A stretch of DNA of 64,000 nucleotides from Promethearchaeota archaeon (GTDB lineage Archaea > Asgardarchaeota > Lokiarchaeia > Sigyniarchaeales > SOKP01). The stretch covers positions 64,001 to 128,000 of the forward strand of contig JAEOUA010000011.1 in assembly GCA_016839555.1 (NCBI GenBank), read 5' to 3'. Below the pieces are notes generated by a model. It made no database searches. It saw nothing but the letters and a program-made list of their open reading frames with translations, and had not been told where the DNA came from. The position numbers were made by a program, and so were the translations under genes. Positions 40,594 through 49,416 of this stretch are shown piece by piece. Every line of letters starts with the position of its first letter. The first letter of the stretch is position 1.

Positions 40594-41847
40594 ATGGCAA
40601 TAAAAAATAATCCTGAAAATCCATCTGTGAGTGATATGGATCTTACTTGTGATTTATGTAAATCTAAAGAAATTTTAGAGACTAACCAAGGATACGTGTG
40701 CTCAGAATGTGGACTTGTCTTGCAAACTCCTCGAATGCAATACCATAGACCTTTTATGCAAAAAAAAATACAACATGAGGTCTCTAATGGGAGTACTTCT
40801 ATAGGGTATCAAAAAGAACGTCTCAGAGATAAGCATTCTTCTCAATTAAAAAGATTGCAAAAGATTCAACAGACTAAATCGAATGAAGATTATATAAATC
40901 AATTTGCTAGTATAGAGATTTCTCGCTTACTCACAGGTTTATCATTACCTCGCTCTTTTAAAGATCCTATATTTAAAGTATTTAAAGAGATTCGAAAACA
41001 ACTACAAAAAGGAACAAAATATCGAAATCCAGATAAATTACTTCCAACATTAATTTATTTCTATTGTAAGAAAGAGAGTATGGCAATTAATGAACAAAAA
41101 TTATTAGATATTGCAAAAGTGGAAAAAAAAGAGTATAATTATTGCAAATTAAAAATTTCACGTCTTATTCCTGAATATTATGAGCGTGATCGTAAGGACC
41201 TTATCATGAATAAAGTTTTGGGAATCTCGGAGCAATATAATTTAGGGATGGATTTTTATTATGACGCAAAAAAGGTTTTGATAAATTTATGGGAAGGAGT
41301 TAAATGTACTACTGATGATGTAATTGCTGGATTAATATCATCTGTTGCTGTATTATGTAATTATCGTAATAAGATTACTATAAGCTCTATATGTAGTGCA
41401 TTAAACATCCAAATGAGCTCTATTCAGTCTCAAGTAAAACGTAAACTTATCAAGCGATTTAATGTTCCTGGATTTGAGAGTCTCGTAAAATCTGCTGACC
41501 TGGTGAAAACAATCATTTACAAAGTAGGGATACTAAAAAATCAAAAAACCGAGGAGGATATAAAAACTATTAATTCTGACAAAGTTAGCAATAAGAGAGA
41601 AAATGAATCTAAAATTATTGAGGTTAAAGTAAAAGCTTATGCTCAAAATCCTTCAAATCAATCGGGAGAACAATATATTTTTGCCATTAATAATAATAAT
41701 TTAAATCCTCTTTATCTAATGTTAAAAATTAATAAATTTAAAAAAAAAAGAAAGGTTATAAAAAATCGCTCAGAGTTTCAAAAACAGCTTAAATTTCATT
41801 CGATAGTATTTCATTATCCTACAGGACCCCCTGAAATATATTCCTAA
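40594..41847 (+). CDS. tfb: Divergent transcription factor B (TFIIB) paralog
   Basis: Zn ribbon CDLC...GYVCSECGLV, LKRLQK linker, EISRLLTGLSLP (first cyclin repeat), KITISSICSALNIQMSSI (second repeat), C-terminal extension. Confidence 0.85.
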   Translation: MAIKNNPENPSVSDMDLTCDLCKSKEILETNQGYVCSECGLVLQTPRMQYHRPFMQKKIQHEVSNGSTSIGYQKERLRDKHSSQLKRLQKIQQTKSNEDYINQFASIEISRLLTGLSLPRSFKDPIFKVFKEIRKQLQKGTKYRNPDKLLPTLIYFYCKKESMAINEQKLLDIAKVEKKEYNYCKLKISRLIPEYYERDRKDLIMNKVLGISEQYNLGMDFYYDAKKVLINLWEGVKCTTDDVIAGLISSVAVLCNYRNKITISSICSALNIQMSSIQSQVKRKLIKRFNVPGFESLVKSADLVKTIIYKVGILKNQKTEEDIKTINSDKVSNKRENESKIIEVKVKAYAQNPSNQSGEQYIFAINNNNLNPLYLMLKINKFKKKRKVIKNRSEFQKQLKFHSIVFHYPTGPPEIYS

Positions 41848-41856
41848 TATGATTCA

Positions 41857-41937
41857 AACCAGAATAAGTTTTTATTCTGGTTATTACTTCCACTTTTTTT
41901 AATTTTTTCCTTTTCTTTCTTTTCTTTTTTCTCTTTT
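41857..41937 (+). terminator. Hairpin plus pyrimidine tracts after tfb
   Basis: AACCAGAATAA-gttt-TTATTCTGGTT (11-bp stem) followed by long T-rich runs. Confidence 0.6.
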
Positions 41938-42008
41938 AACATAACTATTTTTTCTTTAAATATTCGGAGAAAATATCCACTTAAATGAAATTTATATTTT
42001 AAATTAAA

Positions 42009-44975
42009 ATGAAGAAAAGTAAATCTCTATCGACGATAAGTTTCATAATTGTTTTATGCATAATGACTGCGATAATTCCATATTTAGTAAGTCCTAACTT
42101 ATCACGAAATCATTTAATTAATACTGATAATGCAACTTTAGATAATATTCAAAATTCAGATGGGATATCCAATCCGGATATTATCGAAACGATGATTAAT
42201 AAATATATCAATGATTATGACTCCAGTGGAATCTTTTCCTCCTATTATGAGCCTTCATTACAAGGTATTTATTTTGTCCTATCGGTATTAAATGCTTCTG
42301 AGAAACTAAATATCATTAATCAAACTGAACTTTCGGAGATTATTATGAGTTATTATGATGAAAATACTGGTATATTTTTAGATGAATACGCCAGAAGATA
42401 TCTGGACACGGATTTTGAATTAAAATACTACCCATTGAGCACATTATTGGAAGTGAATTCCTATGCTATCTTATCATTAGAAATCTTAGGAGAATTAGAC
42501 TTAATAAATTCTCAAGATATGATCGATTTTATTTGGAGCTGTTATGATTCCAGCACAGGAGGTTTTATCGGACAATTGTATGATACTAACCTTCACGAGA
42601 ATTTTAAAACGCCCACCTTAGATAATACCTATTACGCAATCAAAACCTTAGATATCCTCTTAGAGAATTGGCAAGGATACAGCACTCAAAAAACGCAAAT
42701 TATTAATTTCATACAAGATCTACAAGTGATAGATCAAGGCTATGAGCTCTATGGAGGCTTCGAAAATGATATGAATGAGGACTTTTTATCGATTGTGGCG
42801 TATGGTCCCAATATGCTTTCCAGTTATTATGCGGTAAAAGCATTAAAGATATTCGGCGTAGAAAGCTCTATTAATATGGATTTATTTTATCATTTCTTAA
42901 GCAATAGTTATCACCAAAACGGCGATTATTTTGTTTATGACGACTATAATATCTATCTTAATTATTCTATATTTGCTGCTACTGCTATGGGCTTAGATCT
43001 TTCCATACTTATGGGTTATACTGGAATAAATGAAACAGAAACACTCAGATTTTTGCTAAATAATAGAAACGAATTAGGTATTTGGGACTCCACAACATAT
43101 TATGGCTTTTATGAGCTACTTGACACCTTTCAAATTATACGTTCTCTTTTAGAAGCTAATAAAATAAGTGAATTAAGCACTGAGGATAAAAATGAGATTG
43201 TTAATGCCATGGAAATGTTTGAAAGTTATCGGGGCTATAGTTTTACCTCTAAGGAATATATGAAAATAGATCTTATGTATTCCATTATTCACTCATGCGC
43301 TCTATATGATCGTATCTCAGATTTAGAATTACAGGATCTATATCTCTATTTTAAGCAAGCATATTATGATTTACAATCAAATGATTGGAGTGGTTTTTAT
43401 GGTTATACTAATATTGACAAAGAGTATAAGTATTTTCGATTGCTTCCTATAGAATTTTATAATGAAGGCATGCATAATTTTAGTATTTATATGGATTATC
43501 ATAACAATCATAAGTTTACCTATCGAGCCTTAAGTTCCTTGGAAAAACTCTTTAAGTTGGATGATTTTGAAACTATTTTTAATCTCACAGAACTCATAGA
43601 AAGCATTGAAAATTGTCAAATTATGGAAGAGACTTCGGACTATTTTGGAGCATTCATACCTTTTGAATTCTGGAAATCACAACCATTAGCGGACCAAGAG
43701 AAAATGATATTTTTCGAACAAACGTATTTTGCGATAAAGACCTTAGCATATCTTACTGAATACCTAGGAATCGGCAATATTTCAAATACAAATGTTGATT
43801 TAGATGCGGTATATACTTATACTTTGAAAAATATTGAGGAAACTCCGCAAATTCTTTACTATAATCCAGAATGTACTGATAATCCGGAGATTATTCTCAA
43901 AAACACCTATTATCTCATTGATTTATTCAAACTCATGAATGAATACTCTTTACCAGACCAAAAAATTAAAAATCTTGTGCTTCAAACTATTAATTACTCA
44001 AATATCGAAAGCGTTTTTTATAGTTATAAGATAGATGAGTCACTGTCTCTTCAGATCGAGTTTGACTTGGATCAAACGCATAGCTTGATAAAAAGCATTT
44101 TCGATGAGAAGGAGCAAGAATTATATCTCACGCCACAACAAGAAAAGTTAAATTATGAAATTCTCTATTGGCTAAGTTATATGGCAGTAAATGACGAATA
44201 TCGCTGCATTATCGATTATGATACTACTGTGCAATTGAATGGATGCAATTATATCAACGCATCTATTTGTAATATTGTCTTAGAAGGATTAGGTCCTTAT
44301 GCAATCTTAAAATTAGAAAGTGAGCAGTTAGGCACACATACTTTTGATGAAACAGGAGAGGGGAATTACGAATATATTGCAAATGTTCCTTTAGATCCTG
44401 CAAATTATCCCATAGTGTATGCAAATGTGTGCCTTTATGAGGCCTCACAAAGGATAAAAGGATATCCATTTTCCTTTACCACAGAGTATATATTTGATTC
44501 TTTATTTTCGGTCAGCAATTCCACAGATACTAGAGATATAGTGATTCAAGCACATCTTTCTACTGCTACAGGAAATGTTTCGCTTTATAATGGAATTGCA
44601 TACGTGGATATTTATCGCAATGGAGAATTTGTCCAAAAGAAATTTCTCAATATGCAAGATTATGCGGATCATACGGAATTCATCGATACCATAAGTTATA
44701 ACCTCTCGGGAGAATATAGGCTTGAACTTTATGTAAACGATGGGTTAGAAACATCCTACCATCACATTGGAACTTATATCTTTACATATATTGCCTCTTC
44801 TGATTCAGTTTTCTCGGGCTTTCCTTTCCTTCTAGATATGGAATTCAATACTGAGAAAAATAATGTATCATTAAAAGCAAATTCAATGGCATTATTTCCC
44901 CTTTTCATCAGCTTAATTGCCCTCCCTATCGGAATTATCGCATATACTACCTATCGAAAGAAAAAGCGCTCCTAG
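42009..44975 (+). CDS. Large surface-anchored protein with prenyltransferase/squalene-oxidase-type (alpha/alpha barrel) repeats
   Basis: Signal peptide; repeats such as FIWSCYDSSTGGF, TYYAIKTL, IQDLQ...GGF, SYYAVKAL, TYFAIKTL; C-terminal TM plus RKKKRS. Confidence 0.8.
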   Translation: MKKSKSLSTISFIIVLCIMTAIIPYLVSPNLSRNHLINTDNATLDNIQNSDGISNPDIIETMINKYINDYDSSGIFSSYYEPSLQGIYFVLSVLNASEKLNIINQTELSEIIMSYYDENTGIFLDEYARRYLDTDFELKYYPLSTLLEVNSYAILSLEILGELDLINSQDMIDFIWSCYDSSTGGFIGQLYDTNLHENFKTPTLDNTYYAIKTLDILLENWQGYSTQKTQIINFIQDLQVIDQGYELYGGFENDMNEDFLSIVAYGPNMLSSYYAVKALKIFGVESSINMDLFYHFLSNSYHQNGDYFVYDDYNIYLNYSIFAATAMGLDLSILMGYTGINETETLRFLLNNRNELGIWDSTTYYGFYELLDTFQIIRSLLEANKISELSTEDKNEIVNAMEMFESYRGYSFTSKEYMKIDLMYSIIHSCALYDRISDLELQDLYLYFKQAYYDLQSNDWSGFYGYTNIDKEYKYFRLLPIEFYNEGMHNFSIYMDYHNNHKFTYRALSSLEKLFKLDDFETIFNLTELIESIENCQIMEETSDYFGAFIPFEFWKSQPLADQEKMIFFEQTYFAIKTLAYLTEYLGIGNISNTNVDLDAVYTYTLKNIEETPQILYYNPECTDNPEIILKNTYYLIDLFKLMNEYSLPDQKIKNLVLQTINYSNIESVFYSYKIDESLSLQIEFDLDQTHSLIKSIFDEKEQELYLTPQQEKLNYEILYWLSYMAVNDEYRCIIDYDTTVQLNGCNYINASICNIVLEGLGPYAILKLESEQLGTHTFDETGEGNYEYIANVPLDPANYPIVYANVCLYEASQRIKGYPFSFTTEYIFDSLFSVSNSTDTRDIVIQAHLSTATGNVSLYNGIAYVDIYRNGEFVQKKFLNMQDYADHTEFIDTISYNLSGEYRLELYVNDGLETSYHHIGTYIFTYIASSDSVFSGFPFLLDMEFNTEKNNVSLKANSMALFPLFISLIALPIGIIAYTTYRKKKRS

Positions 44976-45076
44976 CTTCTAAGTTTTTTTTTCTTATTTT
45001 TTTATTTTTTCTTTTTATATTCTAATTGTTAATTAAATACATAGCATATAAGAATGAAATTAAATGATCATGGTCT

Positions 45077-45697
45077 ATGGAAGTTGCTAACAATAATAAA
45101 AAACAGGCAGTTTTTTCGAAAATAATTGCATTTATCGAGGCATTGAAAGCATTCGAGAATAATTATGATAAGAAGCTTAATATAAACAAATTATTTTCTT
45201 TAATGAGTGTCCCGGTTAATGATCGAAAAGTATATATTGATATTCTTCTGGAATTTCAAGAAATATTTCATAAGATATTAAAAGATTATGAATTAAATAT
45301 TATTGAAAAAGATGGATGCACCTATCTCAAAACAAAAAAAACACATTTTATTAAAAATCGCTTAGAAAATAATATTTCTCATAAAAAGGAAAATTTTACC
45401 GAAAAAATGGAATTATCTAAATCGGATTTAGTATTTTGGAATGATTTCATTTACTCATTTAAAAATGTCCGGAGAGGTAAGGGTTTCGATTTATCTCATA
45501 ATACTTCTGAAATCTGTAAAACTTTAGGGTTTCTGAAGCAAAAATATCCTTGTTTATTCTTTTCAAATGGCAATGGATTAGTATATCCTTCGAAATTTGG
45601 TGTTGAATTAGGTTCGAAAATTAATAGTTATATCAAGGTTAATCACGATTTTAAACAAATATTTTTATATGGCTGCAAAATAAGTATAAAAAAGTAA
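45077..45697 (+). CDS. Hypothetical protein (possible winged-helix)
   Basis: 206-aa ORF; YPCLF...NGLVYPSKFG.ELG looks like a wing motif. Confidence 0.6.
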   Translation: MEVANNNKKQAVFSKIIAFIEALKAFENNYDKKLNINKLFSLMSVPVNDRKVYIDILLEFQEIFHKILKDYELNIIEKDGCTYLKTKKTHFIKNRLENNISHKKENFTEKMELSKSDLVFWNDFIYSFKNVRRGKGFDLSHNTSEICKTLGFLKQKYPCLFFSNGNGLVYPSKFGVELGSKINSYIKVNHDFKQIFLYGCKISIKK

Positions 45698-45844
45698 AAA
45701 ATCTCCTTATTTTAAGTACCTTTCTATTCATTAATAAGATGGCTATTAAAGGACAATCACAATTCCAGCATACTCTGAATAAATTTTAGGAGTTGTATAT
45801 TTTTTCTTTTTATAAATTCATACGATATAATAAAGTAAATAAAA

Positions 45845-47941
45845 ATGAGCAATCTAAAAAGTAGGATTAGCGAAAACCAAATTGAGAATATGTTTTTAAA
45901 GACCGAAAATCTGGAATTCCGGCAATATCAATTAGCGATCGCCAATAAATGTGTTTCTAAAAATTCACTAGTGGTCTTACCGACTGGGTTAGGAAAGACT
46001 ATTGTTGCAGTACTAATTGCCGCGAAAACATTAGAGATTTCTCCGCCTAATAGCAAAATAATAGTGATGGCACCTACTAGACCGCTCATTAATCAACATT
46101 ACGACACATTTTTAGACTTTTTGACTGTTCCAGAATCTAAATTTTGTGTTTTAACGGGGAAGAATTCACCTGAAGTTAGACCTACTGAATTTTTAGATCA
46201 TCAGATTTTGTTTTTTACTCCGCAAACCTTACGTAATGATATCGTTTCGAAAAAATATGATTTAAAAAATGTATGTCTAATGATTTTCGATGAAGCACAC
46301 CATGCTTCGGGCGATTATCCTTATAATATATTAGCCGAGCAATATATTGAACAAAATCCAGATGGGACCATTTTAGCCTTAACTGCTTCTCCGGGAGCGA
46401 GTAAAGAAAAAATCACTGAATTATGTAAAGCGCTGTATATCCCTCCCGATAATATTCATATTCGAATAAGAAAGGATTTTGATGTGAAGAATTATATAAA
46501 GGCAATGGATATTTATAAGATCGGTGTAAATTTAACCTCCCTTATGGAAGCCGTGCGAAAAATTTTGTTTACTATTTTGGAAGAATGTTTACAATATCTT
46601 TCACGTTTGGGTTTTATTTCCATCAAATCTCCACAATTACATCAAAAGATTATTCGAAAAGATTTATTAGAACTGAATCGTAAATTAGTCTCGATAATTT
46701 CTGGAGAAGGAGATAAGACGGGAGCATATAAAGGACTTTCTGTGAACGCTCAGGGCCTTATTTTATTTCATATGTTAGAATTAGTAGAGCAACAGGGATT
46801 GGATGTCTTATTAAATTACTTGGAAAAGTTAATGCAAGATGCAAGAAAAAGAAATAGCTCTAAAGCGAACCGTATATTAGCCTCAGACAGTCGGATAAGA
46901 CGAATGCATCTAGAACTATTGAAAAGAAACGACTGCGAGCCGAATATTCTGATTCATCCTAAATTTCTCATTTTAAAAAATATCTTGCTTGATGAATTAA
47001 CGAAGAATCCAGACTCTCGGATCTTAGTGTTTGTCAAATTACGAGCCTCGGTAAAAAATATTGTTAAAAGACTTAAAACTTATGAAAAGATTAGAGCGAT
47101 TCGATTTGTGGGACAAACAACCAAGTCTAAGGATGATAAGGGGCTCACACAAACCAAACAACTCGAGATTCTTAAGAAGTTTAAAAAAGGAGAATATAAC
47201 GTATTAGTGGGTACCAATGTCGCTGAAGAGGGATTGGATATAGCCGAATGCGACTTAGTAATATTTTACGATGTTGTTGCATCAGAGATCCGCTTAATCC
47301 AGCGAAAAGGAAGGACTGCCCGCCATAGAGAAGGGAAAGTGATAATACTGTATTGTCGTAATACCAATGATGAGACATATTTATTGATTGCATTAAATCG
47401 TTTGAAACAAATGCAGAGCAATTTAAAAAAAGCACCAAAAAACTCTATTCCTACTGAAAAGGATATGACGCAATCGCACTTAGGAAAGTATATCAATGAC
47501 AAATCAAAACCACAAATTAAAAAAAAAAAGTCGACTCAAACAAATTTAAATGAATCTAAGATAGCTATAAGTTCAAAATTTCCTATGAAATATGGGCTTC
47601 GAAAAGATCTTTCAAAAGAAAATATTAGTTTTAATATTCAGAAGTCAGATTTTCATCTCATTCTTTTTAATAGAATACTGATTCAGGTCCTTAAACCCAC
47701 AGAATTTTTAGAAGCAAAATTGAAGGGAATAAATTCTAAACTTAAAAATAAATTTGAATTAATTGTATTTATTTTCGACTTCACAGAGTTTCACGAGTCT
47801 TTTACGAATGAGAAGCTTCTATTTAAGCAAAAATTACTGGATTTTGGTAGTAAACAAGATTTTCAAATAATACCTATTGATATACCTGAGGAGCTTTCTT
47901 TCATCGTCAAAAATATTTATCACCATAACAATAATAAGTAA
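45845..47941 (+). CDS. hef: Hef/FANCM/Mph1-family DEAH helicase with degenerate C-terminal ERCC4-like domain
   Basis: RQYQ, LPTGLGKT, APTRPL, TPQ, DEAHHA.G.Y, TASPG, HPK, FVGQ, EEGLDI, SEIRLIQRKGRTAR. Confidence 0.92.
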   Translation: MSNLKSRISENQIENMFLKTENLEFRQYQLAIANKCVSKNSLVVLPTGLGKTIVAVLIAAKTLEISPPNSKIIVMAPTRPLINQHYDTFLDFLTVPESKFCVLTGKNSPEVRPTEFLDHQILFFTPQTLRNDIVSKKYDLKNVCLMIFDEAHHASGDYPYNILAEQYIEQNPDGTILALTASPGASKEKITELCKALYIPPDNIHIRIRKDFDVKNYIKAMDIYKIGVNLTSLMEAVRKILFTILEECLQYLSRLGFISIKSPQLHQKIIRKDLLELNRKLVSIISGEGDKTGAYKGLSVNAQGLILFHMLELVEQQGLDVLLNYLEKLMQDARKRNSSKANRILASDSRIRRMHLELLKRNDCEPNILIHPKFLILKNILLDELTKNPDSRILVFVKLRASVKNIVKRLKTYEKIRAIRFVGQTTKSKDDKGLTQTKQLEILKKFKKGEYNVLVGTNVAEEGLDIAECDLVIFYDVVASEIRLIQRKGRTARHREGKVIILYCRNTNDETYLLIALNRLKQMQSNLKKAPKNSIPTEKDMTQSHLGKYINDKSKPQIKKKKSTQTNLNESKIAISSKFPMKYGLRKDLSKENISFNIQKSDFHLILFNRILIQVLKPTEFLEAKLKGINSKLKNKFELIVFIFDFTEFHESFTNEKLLFKQKLLDFGSKQDFQIIPIDIPEELSFIVKNIYHHNNNK

Positions 47942-47964
47942 GAAAATTCAGGAGGACATAATCG

Positions 47965-48498
47965 ATGATTGAAGAGCACAACAGCATTAAAAAAGACTCA
48001 AAACCTTATATTATATTTAAATGTTCCAAGTGTAAACAATATATGTATGTAAAGCCTACGCAAAAGACGAAAAAATGCTTAAGATGCGGAAGAACGCATA
48101 CAATTCAAAAGATTAAGAGGTTTAATGAGATTGAAATCGTGGAAGGAATGAGTGCGGCGGTACAACGCGTAAAAGAATTGCAAAACCAATATGCAATAGA
48201 AAAATTACAAGGAGTCCTCAATCTAAAGGGTGAAGATAGTTTTTCTATTGTTGTTCATAAAAAAAAAGTCTATTTAAATGAATTTGAAACAATTTGTATG
48301 AATAAATCTTTGGAAAAAAGATTTATTGACTTATTACAAGATCTCTCAAAAAAATATAGTCAATTTCCGAGATATATGATTGAACTGGTAGCGGAAGAAT
48401 ACAACATTGAAAAAAAAGAAATTGAATTGCTGATTCGTCAGTTTCTCGATCAAAAAAAATTAATTTCGCTCAATAACAATTACTTTACAATCAATTAA
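47965..48498 (+). CDS. DUF1922-like zinc-ribbon protein with a C-terminal winged-helix-like segment
   Basis: YIIFKCSKC...TKKCLRCG; GGAGG SD; co-oriented downstream of hef. Confidence 0.7.
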   Translation: MIEEHNSIKKDSKPYIIFKCSKCKQYMYVKPTQKTKKCLRCGRTHTIQKIKRFNEIEIVEGMSAAVQRVKELQNQYAIEKLQGVLNLKGEDSFSIVVHKKKVYLNEFETICMNKSLEKRFIDLLQDLSKKYSQFPRYMIELVAEEYNIEKKEIELLIRQFLDQKKLISLNNNYFTIN

Positions 48499-48532
48499 TA
48501 AAAATTAAAAATTAATAAAAAAATATAGTAAT

Positions 48533-48706
48533 TTAAAAAATGGATCGAGCTTTTTTCTTTAGTTCTCTAAGCCTCTGCTTATATTCTGGACATTCTTTAT
48601 AGTTTGGAAACTTGCAAATTGTTTCGGACTGCGGCATGATACAACTCTGATCAAAGGGGCAATAGAGAATATGCGCCTTAAAGCCTGCCTTCCCGTGCGA
48701 ACTCAT
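48533..48706 (-). CDS. Small 57-aa four-cysteine protein (absent from the ORF track)
   Basis: MSSHGKAGFKAHILYCPFDQSCIMPQSETICKFPNYKECPEYKQRLRELKKKARSIF*; TATA element about 21 nt upstream. Confidence 0.65.
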   Translation of the reverse strand: MSSHGKAGFKAHILYCPFDQSCIMPQSETICKFPNYKECPEYKQRLRELKKKARSIF

Positions 48707-48813
48707 AATGTTTATAATTTTATATATATATTTAAATGAAAACTAGATCCCATACTTTTAAATCTGAATGAGCCATATGAAAAAGTGATTTATTTAAAAT
48801 TATACAAGAGTTA

Positions 48814-49011
48814 TTATTCCAATTCTTTTTTAAGCTGATTTATATGTTCTTCGGTTAATGTTTGCAAGTTGGTTGAATCATTGCTTTCCTTAAAAATTGA
48901 GAAAGAAATAAAGATTTTTCTTCTTAAATAATTCAGAATTGAACTGAAATCCTTATCATGAATTTCCCTTTTTCTTTGAAATCCATTCTTTTCTTTAAGT
49001 TTACTGCTCAT
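48814..49011 (-). CDS. Small hypothetical protein
   Basis: 65 aa; the shared promoter element lies about 22 nt upstream. Confidence 0.5.
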   Translation of the reverse strand: MSSKLKEKNGFQRKREIHDKDFSSILNYLRRKIFISFSIFKESNDSTNLQTLTEEHINQLKKELE

Positions 49012-49054
49012 ATATCCAATATCAATCCAATGTATTTAAAAGAAAAAATAATTT

Positions 49055-49342
49055 TTATCCCGTTTCTTGCATTTTTTTGAGATATAATTTCATAAAATAG
49101 CGCTGGCTCTTGCAGTAGTCCCGTCTTTGAGCATCCGTAATACTTTTACTATTTAAGAGGATATTAAGTTGCTTAAGGATTGTAAGATATTCTTGAGTGG
49201 TTCTCTTAGGCTCTCGTTTTATTTTAATATCAATTTTTCCTTTTAAAAAAGTTTGCGATGATGAAGTTTGAGGAATGGTAAATGAGAATTTTTCTTTCTT
49301 TTTTTCATCTTTTTCAACCCCAAAGTCGGAATCTAATGACAT
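49055..49342 (-). CDS. Small hypothetical protein
   Basis: 95-aa ORF downstream of the helicase, same strand. Confidence 0.55.
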   Translation of the reverse strand: MSLDSDFGVEKDEKKKEKFSFTIPQTSSSQTFLKGKIDIKIKREPKRTTQEYLTILKQLNILLNSKSITDAQRRDYCKSQRYFMKLYLKKMQETG

Positions 49343-49416
49343 TATAAAATATAAAAATTTGATAATTATATTGACTCTATTCTATATACACCAGCAACAA
49401 ATAAAAAGAAAAAATT

